From Pseudobutyrivibrio sp. (GTDB taxonomy: Bacteria > Bacillota > Clostridia > Lachnospirales > Lachnospiraceae): a stretch of DNA of 64,000 nt. Location: assembly GCF_015057185.1 (NCBI RefSeq), contig NZ_SVEV01000009.1, positions 19,672 to 83,671 on the forward strand, given 5' to 3'. This document shows positions 26,225 to 36,896 of this stretch, in pieces. The notes below the pieces were generated by a model. That model was not told the origin of the DNA. It saw nothing but the letters and a program-made list of their open reading frames with translations, and did no database searches. Made by a program: the position numbers and the translations under genes. Within the stretch, counting starts at the first letter, position 1. Every line of letters starts with the position of its first letter.

Positions 26225-28795
26225 ATGGGAATCATTGATAAGGTATTTGGCACACATTCTGAGCGCGAGCTCAAAAGAATCAAGCCAATCGTGGATAAAA
26301 TAGAATCCTACAGGGATGACATGGGCAAGCTCTCTGATGAGCAGCTTCGTGACAAGACTACAGAATTCAAGGAGCGTCTTGTTAAGGGTGAGACATTAGA
26401 TGACATTCTTCCAGAGGCTTATGCTGTTGTCCGTGAGGCAGGCAAGCGTGCCCTTGGTATGGAGCACTTTAGAGTACAGCTCATCGGTGGTATTATTCTC
26501 CATCAGGGTCGTATTGCAGAGATGCGTACTGGTGAAGGAAAGACACTTGTATCTACACTTCCAGCATATCTTAATGCTCTTGAGGGCAAGGGTGTTCACA
26601 TCGTTACTGTTAACGATTACCTTGCTAAGCGTGATGCTGAGTGGATGGGTGAGGTTCACCGTTTCTTAGGCCTTACAGTTGGTGTCGTTTTAAATGATAT
26701 GACAAAGGAAGAGCGTCAGGCTGCTTACAATTGTGATATTACATACATCACAAACAACGAGCTTGGTTTCGACTATCTTCGTGACAATATGTGTGTATAT
26801 GAGAAGGACCTCGTTCAGAGAGGACTTCACTACTGCATCATCGACGAGGTTGACTCAGTTCTTATTGATGAGGCTCGTACACCACTTATCATTTCAGGTC
26901 AGTCAGGCAAGTCTACTAAGCTCTACGAGCTTTGCGATGTTTTAGCTCGTCAGTTAAAGCGTGGTGAAGATTTACCAGAATTCTCTAAAATGGATGCCAT
27001 CATGGGCGTTGAGAGAAATGAGACAGGTGACTTCATCGTTGATGAAAAGGACAAGGTTGTTAACCTTACAGCACAGGGTGTTGAAAAGGTTGAGCAGTTC
27101 TTCCATATTGAGAACCTTGCAGATCCAGAGAATCTTGAGATTCAGCACAATATTATCCTTGCACTTCGTGCTCACAATCTTATGTTCAAGGATCAGGATT
27201 ACGTTGTTTCAGATGGTCAGGTAATGATCGTTGATTCGTTTACAGGACGTATCATGCCAGGTCGTCGTTACTCTGATGGTTTACATCAGGCTATCGAGGC
27301 AAAGGAGCATGTTGAGGTTAAGCGTGAGTCTATGACTCTTGCTAACATCACATTCCAGAACTTCTTCAACAAATACGACAAGAAGGCTGGTATGACAGGT
27401 ACTGCTCTTACAGAGGAGCAGGAGTTCCGTGATATCTATGGAATGGACGTTGTTGAGGTTCCTACAAACAGACCTGTTCAGCGTATCGACCATGATGATG
27501 CCGTTTACAAGACAAAGGCTGAAAAGTACAAGGCAGTTGTTGAGGAAGTTAAAAAGGCTCATGCCAAGGGACAGCCAGTACTTGTTGGTACTATTGATAT
27601 TGATATTTCAGAGCTTGTATCTAAGATGCTTCGCAAAGAGGGCATTGAGCACAACGTACTTAATGCAAAGTTCCATGAAAAGGAAGCTGAGATTGTAGCC
27701 GAGGCTGGTAAGCACGGCGCTGTTACAATTGCCACTAACATGGCTGGTCGTGGTACTGATATCAAGCTTGATGAGGAGGCTCGTGCAGCAGGTGGTCTTA
27801 AAATTATCGGTACAGAACGTCACGAATCTCGTCGTATAGACAATCAGCTCCGTGGACGTTCAGGTCGTCAGGGTGATGTTGGTGAATCACAGTTCTTCAT
27901 CTCACTTGAGGATGATCTTATGAGACTCTTCGGTTCAGAGAGACTTATCACTATGTTCAACGCTCTTGGTATTCCAGAGGGTGAGCAGATTAAACATAAA
28001 ATGCTTTCAGGTGCCATCGAAAAGGCTCAGAAGAAGATTGAGGAAAACAACTTCTCAGCTCGTAAGAACCTTCTTGATTACGATCAGGTTATGAATGAGC
28101 AGAGAGAGCTTATTTACGCTCAGAGACGTAGAGTTCTACAGGGAGAGGATATGCATGATCAGATTCTCTCAATGATTCGTGATAAGGTTGACGAGTGTGT
28201 AGAGAAGACTATTCCAGATGATGTGGAAAAAGAACTTTGGGAGTTACCAGAGCTTAATCATCTCCTTTGCCCAGTTATTCCAGTGCCAGTTATGACACAG
28301 CTTTCTATTGGCAACATCAAGAACAAAAAGGAGCTTAAAGAAAAGCTTACAGACATCGCTCTCAAAATGTACGATGCAAAGGAAAAGGAATTCGAACAGC
28401 CAGAACAGTTTAGAGAGGTTGAGCGAGTTATCCTCCTTAGAGTTATCGACCGTAAGTGGATGGAAGAAATCGATGACATGGAGCAGCTTCGTCAGGGTAT
28501 TCGTCTCCAGGCATACGGTAACCGTAATCCTATCGATGAGTACAAGGCAGCCAGCTACGATATGTTGGATGCAATGAATGCATCAATTATCAACGATACA
28601 CTTACAATGCTTTACAGAATTCGTATCGAGAAGAAGGTAGAGCGTGAAGAAGTAGCCAAGGTTACAGGAACAAACAAGGATGAGTCAGCTACTCGTGCAC
28701 CAAAGAAGCGTGCCGAGAAGAAGATTTTCCCTAATGATCCATGTCCATGCGGCTCAGGATTAAAGTATAAGCTTTGCCATGGTCGTGTGAAATAA
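26225..28795 (+). CDS. secA: Preprotein translocase ATPase SecA
   Basis: 856 aa. Walker [13 protein letters not shown]-like DEVD, and a C-terminal zinc motif [14 protein letters not shown]. Confidence 0.98.
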   Translation: MGIIDKVFGTHSERELKRIKPIVDKIESYRDDMGKLSDEQLRDKTTEFKERLVKGETLDDILPEAYAVVREAGKRALGMEHFRVQLIGGIILHQGRIAEMRTGEGKTLVSTLPAYLNALEGKGVHIVTVNDYLAKRDAEWMGEVHRFLGLTVGVVLNDMTKEERQAAYNCDITYITNNELGFDYLRDNMCVYEKDLVQRGLHYCIIDEVDSVLIDEARTPLIISGQSGKSTKLYELCDVLARQLKRGEDLPEFSKMDAIMGVERNETGDFIVDEKDKVVNLTAQGVEKVEQFFHIENLADPENLEIQHNIILALRAHNLMFKDQDYVVSDGQVMIVDSFTGRIMPGRRYSDGLHQAIEAKEHVEVKRESMTLANITFQNFFNKYDKKAGMTGTALTEEQEFRDIYGMDVVEVPTNRPVQRIDHDDAVYKTKAEKYKAVVEEVKKAHAKGQPVLVGTIDIDISELVSKMLRKEGIEHNVLNAKFHEKEAEIVAEAGKHGAVTIATNMAGRGTDIKLDEEARAAGGLKIIGTERHESRRIDNQLRGRSGRQGDVGESQFFISLEDDLMRLFGSERLITMFNALGIPEGEQIKHKMLSGAIEKAQKKIEENNFSARKNLLDYDQVMNEQRELIYAQRRRVLQGEDMHDQILSMIRDKVDECVEKTIPDDVEKELWELPELNHLLCPVIPVPVMTQLSIGNIKNKKELKEKLTDIALKMYDAKEKEFEQPEQFREVERVILLRVIDRKWMEEIDDMEQLRQGIRLQAYGNRNPIDEYKAASYDMLDAMNASIINDTLTMLYRIRIEKKVEREEVAKVTGTNKDESATRAPKKRAEKKIFPNDPCPCGSGLKYKLCHGRVK

Positions 28796-28796
28796 T

Positions 28797-29591
28797 ATGA
28801 ATCAATTAGAAGAATACTACAATAAATTCAACGAGGATAAACGCCTTAACAGCCGTCACGGCAAAATGGAGTTTATCGTTACAATGAAATATGTTCATAA
28901 GTATTTGGATGTTTTAACAAAGGAAATGGGGATGTCTAAATCAGACATCTCCATTTTAGATATAGGCGCCGGAACAGGTCGCTACAGTATTCCTCTTTAC
29001 GAAGAGGGCTATGATGTGACTGCAGTAGAGCTTGTTAAGCATAATCTTGGCATGCTCAAGGCAAAAGGTAGCGGAGTTAAAGCATTTCAGGGCAACGCAT
29101 TGAAGCTCAAGCGTTTTGATGCAGACACCTTTGATTTCACATTACTCTTTGGCCCAATGTATCATCTAAAGACAAAGGAAGAACAGCTACAGGCTCTCTT
29201 AGAGGCCAAGCGTGTTACAAAGCCTGGTGGATATATTCTTGTAGCTTATGTTATGAACGAATACGCTTTTCTTACCTATGGTATTAAGGAGGGGCATGTT
29301 TTAGAAAACATAGCAGATGGCAAGCTTGACGATACATTCCATGTTCGCCCTGGTGAGGATGACCTCTATATGTTCATGAGAACAGAGGATATCGAGGCAT
29401 TAAATGCCGAGGCAGGGTTAGAGAGAGTTCAGATTATCTCTCCAGATGGTCCAGCAAACCACATGCGCCGTGAGGTTAATGCCCTTACAGAAGAGCAGTT
29501 TCAGCAGTTTATCAATTACCAATTAGCAGTTTGTGAGAGAGCTGATTTGCTTGGTGCATCTGCACATACAGTAGACATACTTAGAAAATAA
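28797..29591 (+). CDS. Class I SAM-dependent methyltransferase
   Basis: 264 aa with motif I LDIGAGTGRYS. Starts 2 nt after the secA stop. Confidence 0.8.
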   Translation: MNQLEEYYNKFNEDKRLNSRHGKMEFIVTMKYVHKYLDVLTKEMGMSKSDISILDIGAGTGRYSIPLYEEGYDVTAVELVKHNLGMLKAKGSGVKAFQGNALKLKRFDADTFDFTLLFGPMYHLKTKEEQLQALLEAKRVTKPGGYILVAYVMNEYAFLTYGIKEGHVLENIADGKLDDTFHVRPGEDDLYMFMRTEDIEALNAEAGLERVQIISPDGPANHMRREVNALTEEQFQQFINYQLAVCERADLLGASAHTVDILRK

Positions 29592-29731
29592 CTTTATTTA
29601 TCCTTCGGTATATCGCCGAATTTCCCACTATTTATTAATAAAACAATGACCATAAACTTGGGTCCTATGCAAAGGACCTTAGTTTTTGATGGAAATTTTA
29701 GAAGAAATAGAAACAAAGAGGATAAAGAATT

Positions 29732-30571
29732 ATGGAAGTTACGAATAAATTAATAGAACAAATTAACGAGAAGCTTGAAAAGCACTATGTTACTATAAGC
29801 CAGGTGAAAAAGAATAATGTTGAAAAAAAGGGTATAACAATCATCCCTAAAGAAGGCAACAGAACAGTATGTCCTACTGTTTATGTAGATGATATCAGTA
29901 CATTTAGTGAAGTAATGGAGATTGTTAGAGCAGCAGCGGATATTGAAGCTCCAGTTCTTGATATAGAAAAGCTAACTTCAAGAGAATATATTACCAATAA
30001 CTTGAGAGCAGCTGTAATATCAAGGGATAATGTGATTTTAGAAGATGAGGATGTTGTTTATCGTCCATTTTTAGATATGGCAATTATTTATAGAATTGTT
30101 GTGCCTGCACCAGCAACTGGGCAAATAGGCACAATTCTACTGAAAAAAAGCATGCTAGAAAATAGTGGAATAAAGGAAGTGGAACTCTATGAGATTGCAA
30201 AAGCTAATAGAGAGTACCAGGTCAAGACTTTGTTTGAAATGCTTTACGATATCACAGGAGTGGATTACGAAGCTAAATACAAAGACGATGCGCCTGAAGT
30301 ATATGTAGTGACTTCTTTAGACAGAAGATTAGGAGCATCAATTTTATTTACAGACCTATTTAAAGAAGTAGGTGAAAAAATTAGTGAAAAGGTATATGTA
30401 ATCCCATGCAGCATTCATGAGATTCTTTTAGTTCCTTGTGATGAGCGTATTGATATAGATGGCCTGCGAGAATTAGTTAAGTATGTAAATGCGACCGAGG
30501 TTTCATTAGAAGATAAGCTAACTGACTCTGTTTATTGCTTGGATGAAAATGGAATTAGCATAGCAGCATAG
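29732..30571 (+). CDS. Hypothetical protein (possibly DUF5688-like; from memory, unverified)
   Basis: 279 aa ORF with SD-like GAGGATAAAG upstream. Motifs VCPTVYVDD and IPCSIHEILLVP. No function recognised. Confidence 0.55.
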   Translation: MEVTNKLIEQINEKLEKHYVTISQVKKNNVEKKGITIIPKEGNRTVCPTVYVDDISTFSEVMEIVRAAADIEAPVLDIEKLTSREYITNNLRAAVISRDNVILEDEDVVYRPFLDMAIIYRIVVPAPATGQIGTILLKKSMLENSGIKEVELYEIAKANREYQVKTLFEMLYDITGVDYEAKYKDDAPEVYVVTSLDRRLGASILFTDLFKEVGEKISEKVYVIPCSIHEILLVPCDERIDIDGLRELVKYVNATEVSLEDKLTDSVYCLDENGISIAA

Positions 30572-30693
30572 TGATAATGTACAAAATTGACCATTTCAAA
30601 TTGTGCAATTCGTACGATTTATCAATAGAACTTTCTGAAAAAGGTGGTATTCTATAGACAACAATTGTTTTACGGTTTTATTTGGAGGTTCTT

Positions 30694-30780
30694 ATGGGTA
30701 TTTTCAGAGAATTATTTGACAGTGAAGACGGCAAGGTTATGACATTCATAGATTATTTAAAAAGCAGCTACATCGACTAA
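30694..30780 (+). CDS. Possible 28-aa small protein
   Basis: ATG lies 5 nt after SD TGGAGG. Translates to MGIFRELFDSEDGKVMTFIDYLKSSYID. The 3' end lies in the terminator hairpin. Confidence 0.3.
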   Translation: MGIFRELFDSEDGKVMTFIDYLKSSYID

Positions 30781-30797
30781 TAGTCGATAGCTGCTTT
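30761..30797. terminator. Bidirectional terminator between convergent genes
   Basis: Imperfect inverted repeat aaagcagcta(ca)tcgacta / tagtcgatagctgcttt. Confidence 0.6.
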
Positions 30798-30810
30798 TGC
30801 TTTATTAAAA

Positions 30811-31668
30811 CTAGAAAGATAATGAGGCCTGTGACTCAGCCTTTTTGCGAGGGCTGGTGCCATAGGTCTTTTTGTATGCTCGCAAGAATGTTGAGTAGGT
30901 TTTAAACCCCGCAGCTTCAGCTGCCTCTACAATAGATGCACCGGTATTTATAAAGGATTGAGCCAAGGATAGTCTTTTTATGGTAATATAATTCCCAACT
31001 GTATATCCAGTTTCCTGTTTAAAGGTATGCATTAAATAATATCTGGATATGTAGAATTGCTCACTAATCGAGTCAACGGATAAATCCTCTGTTAAATGCT
31101 GGTTTATGTATTGGATAATGGAAAAGACAGTGCTGCCAGCATAGTTAGTAGAAATATATTCCACCTCGTCGCTTAAAGTAGCTCGATTCAATTCAATCAT
31201 GAATTCAAGGAAAAGCACCTGCATCAATAGTTCATTGGCGTAGGCATCGTTTCCTAGATTGTTGATGAGCCTGTTTATAGATGCAGCCACAGGAGAATTC
31301 TTGAAGGAGCGGAGCCTCAGCACGTGGGTATCATTTTCAATTGCATTTACAAAACAGTAGGATAGATCGTTATTTTCCTTAGAATACTCAGCAAGGAAAT
31401 CCTTGGAAATATAGATAATGATACGCTCATAAACTGAATTGTCATTAAAAATTGGACGGTGAACCTCTCCAGCATTTACAAAAACAATATCGTCAGGCTG
31501 CAAGTCATAGTTTTGTCCTTCGATAGAATATGAAGTGTTGCCTGCCAAATGTATAAGAATCTTGTGGAAATCATGATAATGGAAGTCAATTTCCCCAAGA
31601 TTTGAGTCAGAAAGATGGAATATTTTAAAGTCAGAATACAAATAACCCTTTTTAAAGAATTCTGTCAT
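30811..31668 (-). CDS. AraC-family transcriptional regulator (cupin + HTH)
   Basis: C-terminal AraC HTH pattern (ISRYYLMHTFKQETG...STFLRAYKKTYGTSP) and an N-terminal cupin-like domain. ATG 31668 is preceded by SD GGAGGTAGG; the longer 31737 start is unlikely. Confidence 0.88.
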   Translation of the reverse strand: MTEFFKKGYLYSDFKIFHLSDSNLGEIDFHYHDFHKILIHLAGNTSYSIEGQNYDLQPDDIVFVNAGEVHRPIFNDNSVYERIIIYISKDFLAEYSKENNDLSYCFVNAIENDTHVLRLRSFKNSPVAASINRLINNLGNDAYANELLMQVLFLEFMIELNRATLSDEVEYISTNYAGSTVFSIIQYINQHLTEDLSVDSISEQFYISRYYLMHTFKQETGYTVGNYITIKRLSLAQSFINTGASIVEAAEAAGFKTYSTFLRAYKKTYGTSPRKKAESQASLSF

Positions 31669-31827
31669 TTTGCCTACCTCCATGAATATTTTAATGCAAA
31701 ATAACACTATTTGCAATATATAGGGCACTATAAACAATTAACATAGAGAAAAGTGCGATGTATACTAAAAATAGTTAAATGACTATCGTTACATACACGC
31801 GCTTGTTCACTCAAGAAAGGATAGGAT

Positions 31828-32661
31828 ATGAAATTTACAAAAATGCATGGCTGTGGAAATGATTATGTTTATGTCAATCTCTTCCAAGAAAAGCTTGAAA
31901 ATCCAGCGGAAACATCAATTAAAGTAAGCGACAGACATTTTGGTATCGGCTCGGATGGTCTTATTACAATCGGTCCTAGCGACATTGCAGATTTCAGAAT
32001 GAGAATATATAACGCAGACGGCTCTGAAGCAGAGATGTGCGGTAATGGAATCCGTTGCGTAGCAAAATATGTTTATGACCACAAGCTTACAGACAAAACT
32101 GAGATTTCAGTTGAGTCAGGAGCAGGTATCAAGTATTTGACCCTCTATGTAAAAGATGGCAAGGTTGATCAGGTAAGAGTCGATATGGGCGAGCCAATTC
32201 TCGAGCCAGCTCAGATTCCAGTAATATCTGACAAGGATAAAGTCATCGACGAGCCAATCGAGGTTGGTGGCAAAACATGGAATATGACTTGCGTTTCTAT
32301 GGGAAACCCACACGCCGTTGTTTTTGTAGATGACACAGAGCATTTTGAGCTGGAAAAATATGGTCCACTTTTTGAAAACCATGAGAGATTTCCAAAGCGC
32401 ACCAATACAGAGTTTGTACAGGTTATTTCAAGGACCGAAGCAAACATGCGAGTTTGGGAAAGAGGTTCTGCAGAGACTTGGGCTTGCGGAACAGGTACCT
32501 GCGCCACAGTAATGGCATGTATTTTAAATAAAAAAACAGACAACAAGGTTTTGGTACATCTCAGAGGCGGTGACCTGACAATCGAGTACGATGAGAGTAC
32601 AAACCACGTATTTATGACTGGCCCAGCCACCGAGGTATTTAACGGAGAAATCGAGGTATAA
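31828..32661 (+). CDS. dapF: Diaminopimelate epimerase
   Basis: 277 aa. Motifs [17 protein letters not shown] and ACGTGTCA (the two catalytic Cys). Confidence 0.95.
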   Translation: MKFTKMHGCGNDYVYVNLFQEKLENPAETSIKVSDRHFGIGSDGLITIGPSDIADFRMRIYNADGSEAEMCGNGIRCVAKYVYDHKLTDKTEISVESGAGIKYLTLYVKDGKVDQVRVDMGEPILEPAQIPVISDKDKVIDEPIEVGGKTWNMTCVSMGNPHAVVFVDDTEHFELEKYGPLFENHERFPKRTNTEFVQVISRTEANMRVWERGSAETWACGTGTCATVMACILNKKTDNKVLVHLRGGDLTIEYDESTNHVFMTGPATEVFNGEIEV

Positions 32662-32662
32662 C

Positions 32663-34135
32663 ATGAAATTAGTAGATTTATTAGATAGATTAGATTACGA
32701 ATTATATGCAGGTGAGCTTGATAGAGAGATTTCTACACTTACATATGATTCTAGAAAAGTTGAGAAGGACAGCGTTTTTGTTTGCATCTCAGGTACAGTA
32801 AGAGATGCTCACGACTTTATCCCTGACGTTATCGAAAAGGGAGCTAGCGTCATCATCATCGAAAAGGACGTAGAGCCAGTTGATGGCATTACTTACATCA
32901 AGGTAAAAAACAGTCGTGAGGCACTTGCTTACACATCTGCAGCTTACTTTGGTCATCCAGCTGAGCAGCTCAAAACCATTGGTATCACAGGTACAAAGGG
33001 CAAAACCACTACTACATACATGGTTAAATCAATCCTTGAGAGCGCTGGCATCAAAACAGGACTTATCGGAACAATCGAGTCTATCGTAGGCGAGGAGCGT
33101 ATTCCAGCAGTTAACACTACACCAGAGTCATACCGTGTACAGGAGCTTTTCCGCCAGATGGTAGATGCTGGTCTTGATGCAGTTGTAATGGAAGTTAGCT
33201 CACAGGCCCTTATGCTTCATAGAGTATCAGGCTTTACATTTGATATAGGCGTATTTACAAATCTTGAGCCAGACCACATTGGTGAGAATGAGCACAAGGA
33301 TTTCGAGGACTACATGCATTGCAAGAGTCTTCTCTTCAGACAGTGTAAAACAGGTATCTTCAATGGCGATAGCGAGCACATCGAAGGCATTTTAAAAGGT
33401 CACACATGCGACGTTGTAAAGTACGGCTACGGAAAAGACAACGACCTTATTGCTGAGAATGTTGAGCTCCTTAACGAGAATGGAGCTCTTGGTGTTAGAT
33501 ACCACATCACTGGCAAGGAAGACATGACAGTAGAGGTAAACGTACCAGGAACATTCTCGGTATATAATTCACTTACTGCAGTGGCTATTTGCAAGCAGTT
33601 TAATGTTGCTGAGGACAAAATCAAGGCAGCCCTTATGGATGTACATGTAAAGGGACGTATTGAGCTTATCCCAGTTTCAAAGAAGTTTACAGTAATGATT
33701 GATTATGCACACAACGCTATGGCACTTGAGAGCCTGCTTACTACACTCAAGGCTTATGAGCCAGGTCGCTTGGTTTGCTTATTTGGATGCGGTGGAAACC
33801 GTGCAAAATCAAGAAGATACGAAATGGGTGAGGTTTCATCAAAGCTTGCTGATTTAACAGTAGTTACATCTGACAACCCACGTAACGAGGAGCCAATGGA
33901 CATCATCAATGACATTCTTGTTGGTGTGCATAAGGCAGACGGCGAGTACGTAACAATACCTGACCGCAAGGAGGCAATCAGATATTGCCTTACAAATGCA
34001 AAAGAGGGCGACATCATCGTTCTCGCTGGTAAGGGACATGAGGACTACCAGGAAATTAAAGGTGTAAAGCACCACATGGATGAGAGAGAATTAATCGCAG
34101 ATATTATTAAGGAGGACGGTCATGACATTATTTAG
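32663..34135 (+). CDS. murE: UDP-N-acetylmuramoyl-L-alanyl-D-glutamate--2,6-diaminopimelate ligase
   Basis: 490 aa. P-loop GITGTKGKTTT and the DNPR motif typical of meso-DAP-adding MurE. Confidence 0.95.
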   Translation: MKLVDLLDRLDYELYAGELDREISTLTYDSRKVEKDSVFVCISGTVRDAHDFIPDVIEKGASVIIIEKDVEPVDGITYIKVKNSREALAYTSAAYFGHPAEQLKTIGITGTKGKTTTTYMVKSILESAGIKTGLIGTIESIVGEERIPAVNTTPESYRVQELFRQMVDAGLDAVVMEVSSQALMLHRVSGFTFDIGVFTNLEPDHIGENEHKDFEDYMHCKSLLFRQCKTGIFNGDSEHIEGILKGHTCDVVKYGYGKDNDLIAENVELLNENGALGVRYHITGKEDMTVEVNVPGTFSVYNSLTAVAICKQFNVAEDKIKAALMDVHVKGRIELIPVSKKFTVMIDYAHNAMALESLLTTLKAYEPGRLVCLFGCGGNRAKSRRYEMGEVSSKLADLTVVTSDNPRNEEPMDIINDILVGVHKADGEYVTIPDRKEAIRYCLTNAKEGDIIVLAGKGHEDYQEIKGVKHHMDERELIADIIKEDGHDII

Positions 34136-35015
34136 AGGTGCAGGAGTAGCGCTTATTACTCCATTTAATGACGATGAAACTGTAAATTATGACATGCTTG
34201 GTACTCTTATTGACAGACAGATAGAGGGCGGCACTGACGCTATCATTGTATGCGGCACAACAGGCGAGCCAGCTACAATGAGCGAGGAAGAAAAGCTTTC
34301 TGTAATTGACTTTACAGTAAAGCGCGTTAATCATAGAATCCCTGTTATTGCAGGCTCTGGCGGCAACTCTACTAGACTTGTAATTGATTTTTCAAAAAAG
34401 ATCGAAGCACTTGGTGTAGATGGACTTCTTATTGTTACACCATTTTACAACAAGGCTACACAGCAGGGACTCTACGAGCATTATACAAAAATTGCCAAGG
34501 CAATCGATTTACCTATTATCATGTACAACGTTCCTAGCAGAACAGGTTGCAATATCCTTCCTGAGACAGCCATGAGACTTGGACTTGAAAATCACAATAT
34601 TGTAGGTATCAAGGAAGCCTGCGGAGATATTTCCCAGATTACAAAGCTTGCCAGCCTTTGTAGAGGATGCCTCGATATTTACTCAGGCAATGATGACCAG
34701 GTTATTCCAATCCTTTCATTAGGCGGAGTTGGCGTTATCTCTGTCCTTTCAAATGTTGCTCCAAAGGGCACACATGACATGGTTATGGAGTATTTAAATG
34801 GTCACGAGGCAAAGGCTAGAAAGCTCCAGCTGGACTACCTTGAATTAGTGGATGCACTTTTCTGCGAAGTAAATCCAATCCCTGTTAAATCCACAATGAA
34901 TATGTTAGGATTTAATGTAGGAAGTCTTAGACTTCCACTAACAGAGATGGAGGAGGAGCATAAGGTTCAGATGAGCAAATTGCTCAGCAGAATGCCACAG
35001 GAAATGCTCGCATAA
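34122..35015 (+). CDS. dapA: 4-hydroxy-tetrahydrodipicolinate synthase
   Basis: 297 aa. Motifs GTTGE, YNVP and an active-site Lys context (VGIKEA). Confidence 0.95.
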   Translation: MTLFRGAGVALITPFNDDETVNYDMLGTLIDRQIEGGTDAIIVCGTTGEPATMSEEEKLSVIDFTVKRVNHRIPVIAGSGGNSTRLVIDFSKKIEALGVDGLLIVTPFYNKATQQGLYEHYTKIAKAIDLPIIMYNVPSRTGCNILPETAMRLGLENHNIVGIKEACGDISQITKLASLCRGCLDIYSGNDDQVIPILSLGGVGVISVLSNVAPKGTHDMVMEYLNGHEAKARKLQLDYLELVDALFCEVNPIPVKSTMNMLGFNVGSLRLPLTEMEEEHKVQMSKLLSRMPQEMLA

Positions 35016-35017
35016 TT

Positions 35018-35647
35018 TTGGAGACTAACTATTTCAAGCCAACCAAAACACCAATTACATACATAATAGTGGCAATTAATATAATTGTCTTTATTGTGCT
35101 GGAAATAATGGGCGATACTACAAATGGCATCTTTATGTTATACAACGGTGCCATGAATCCCGATTACATTCTTGATAATGGGGAGTGGTATCGTCTTTTT
35201 ACGTCTACATTTATGCATTTTGGTATCGAGCATTTAGCTAATAATATGCTCTTATTATTTTTATTAGGACAAATATTTGAAGAGGCAGTAGGACCTACCA
35301 GATTCCTTGGTATTTACCTTGGATCAGGTCTGACTGGCTCTTTTTTGTCGTTCTTTATGATGTGCCTCATGGGGCAAAATGATATTGTAGCAGGAGCCTC
35401 AGGTGCAATATTTGGAATCATCGGAGGCATGATAGTGGTAATTCTTGTAAACAGAGGCAGATATCAGGGAATCAGCACCAGACGAATGCTTTTCATGGCA
35501 GTGCTCACCCTGTACTTTGGATTTGCAACCTCAGGAACGGACAATGTAGGACATGTAGGAGGGTTGGTAGCAGGAATTATATTAACATTCCTTAGCTATG
35601 GGCTAACAACGATTATAAAACGTAAGCATTCAAAAATGCTTCAATAA
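35018..35647 (+). CDS. Rhomboid-family intramembrane serine protease
   Basis: 209 aa, TTG start. Motifs HxxxN (HLANNM), GASGAIFG and GHVGG. Confidence 0.88.
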   Translation: METNYFKPTKTPITYIIVAINIIVFIVLEIMGDTTNGIFMLYNGAMNPDYILDNGEWYRLFTSTFMHFGIEHLANNMLLLFLLGQIFEEAVGPTRFLGIYLGSGLTGSFLSFFMMCLMGQNDIVAGASGAIFGIIGGMIVVILVNRGRYQGISTRRMLFMAVLTLYFGFATSGTDNVGHVGGLVAGIILTFLSYGLTTIIKRKHSKMLQ

Positions 35648-35675
35648 CTAATATACAATAAAGCGAGGCGCTAAT

Positions 35676-35765
35676 ATGAAAAATTCAACTGTTAGCGTAC
35701 GTGTTGAGGATAATATAAAACGTGAAGCCGAGGATATTATGCAAAGGTTGGGGCTGTCAATGTAA
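35676..35765 (+). pseudogene. Truncated RelB/DinJ-family antitoxin fragment (29 codons)
   Basis: MKNSTVSVRVEDNIKREAEDIMQRLGLSM* matches the N-terminal ribbon-helix-helix part of DinJ-type antitoxins, then stops. Confidence 0.55.
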
Positions 35766-35814
35766 CTGCGACGCTATTTATCTATATTGCGGTTATGTTG
35801 ACAGTTTTATATTT

Positions 35815-35847
35815 TGTAAAACATTGTATTGCAAATGTAAAACATTG
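35815..35847 (+). promoter_or_regulatory. Direct repeats TGTAAAACATTG x2 (21-nt period) in the dinJ-yafQ promoter region
   Basis: Copies at 35815-35826 and 35836-35847. The second lies between a candidate -35 TTGCAA (35829-35834) and -10 TATTCT (35852-35857). Confidence 0.5.
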
Positions 35848-35881
35848 GGTGTATTCTATGATTAGAAGGAGGTAGTTGATT

Positions 35882-36175
35882 ATGGCAGCTACAGCAGTAA
35901 AAGATACAAATTTCAATATGAGAATGAATAAGCAGAAAAAGGTTAGGTTAGAAGATTTATATGGTAACCTTGGCATGACTCTAGCAGAAGCAGTAAATAT
36001 ATTTTTTGAAAAATCATTAATGGAAGGTGGCATTCCTTTTGATGTTAGAATGCCACGCTATAATAAAGAAACTGAAGAAGCTATACAAGAGGCCAGAGAT
36101 ATAATGTCTGGTAAAGTATCAGCTAAGTCTTATTCTTCTTCTAAAGAATTATTTGAGGAGCTTGATGAAGAATAA
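35882..36175 (+). CDS. dinJ: RelB/DinJ-family antitoxin
   Basis: 97 aa. ATG lies 9 nt after SD AAGGAGG. RHH-type sequence FNMRMNKQKKVRLEDLYGNLGMTLAEAVNIFF. Confidence 0.85.
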   Translation: MAATAVKDTNFNMRMNKQKKVRLEDLYGNLGMTLAEAVNIFFEKSLMEGGIPFDVRMPRYNKETEEAIQEARDIMSGKVSAKSYSSSKELFEELDEE

Positions 36176-36456
36176 TGAAATATACATTACAACCTACCAC
36201 TAAATTCAAAAAGGATTACAAAAGATGTAAAAAACGTGGTTATGACATGGATTTATTGTCTGAAGTCATTGATACTTTATTAGATGGTAAAGAATTAGAT
36301 GAAAAGTATTATGACCATCCGTTGCGTGGTAATTATGAGGGTTTCAATGAATGTCATATCTTATCAGACTGGCTTTTGATTTACGCTAAAAATGAAAACA
36401 AACTAATACTTACTGCTTCCAGAACAGGAACTCATAGCGATTTATTTGACGAATAA
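36175..36456 (+). CDS. yafQ: YafQ/RelE-family type II toxin (mRNA interferase)
   Basis: 93 aa. Motifs FKKDYKRCKKRG...LDEKYYDHPLRGNYEGFNECHI...LLIY. TAATG overlap with the antitoxin gene. Confidence 0.88.
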   Translation: MKYTLQPTTKFKKDYKRCKKRGYDMDLLSEVIDTLLDGKELDEKYYDHPLRGNYEGFNECHILSDWLLIYAKNENKLILTASRTGTHSDLFDE

Positions 36457-36896
36457 CCATCTCAATCGAGGTGGTTTTTCTTTTTTTAACAGAGATGGTT
36501 TGAGAACGATTTTATCAGGTGGTATTTCTTCTACACCAAGCAATGTAAAGAAATCTTTTGTTTGACTTACTTGGAGGTGATAAAACAATTAGCTTTTGTT
36601 ATCGTCAAGAAAATGAGTTAGATGATGCAACTGTGTCAAAGTTAGTGCAACACCCCATGCAGTATATGATACATACAATAAGCCAGACCCTAATTGCCAG
36701 TTTCTTAAGAAAGAAACAAGTGAAAATAATTGTATATGGTGTGATGGATGTACCCTATAACCATGGGTAAAAAACTTTGGTGCAAGAGAAGTCAAGAGGA
36801 AGGCTCCAAATACATAGATATTTTTGTAAAATGCTAATAGGAAGTGTTATAATTTTTTTATCTATATAATGTGCGCTAGAAGAATGAGGGGTAATA

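Noticed and set aside
31738-31827. Lysine riboswitch upstream of dapF-murE-dapA.
   Set aside because: The intergenic region is only ~90 nt and is shared with the divergent AraC promoter. That is too short, and it lacks L-box features.
35782-36033. The 83-aa minus-strand ORF across the dinJ promoter and 5' end, and 59341..59598 (-) across hipB.
   Set aside because: They are antisense to well-supported antitoxin genes, and I saw no independent expression signals.
36558-36795. ORFs 36558..36770 (+) and 36589..36795 (-).
   Set aside because: They overlap each other and have no SD (one needs a TTG start). Neither resembles a known family, so I treated the region as non-coding or decayed sequence.
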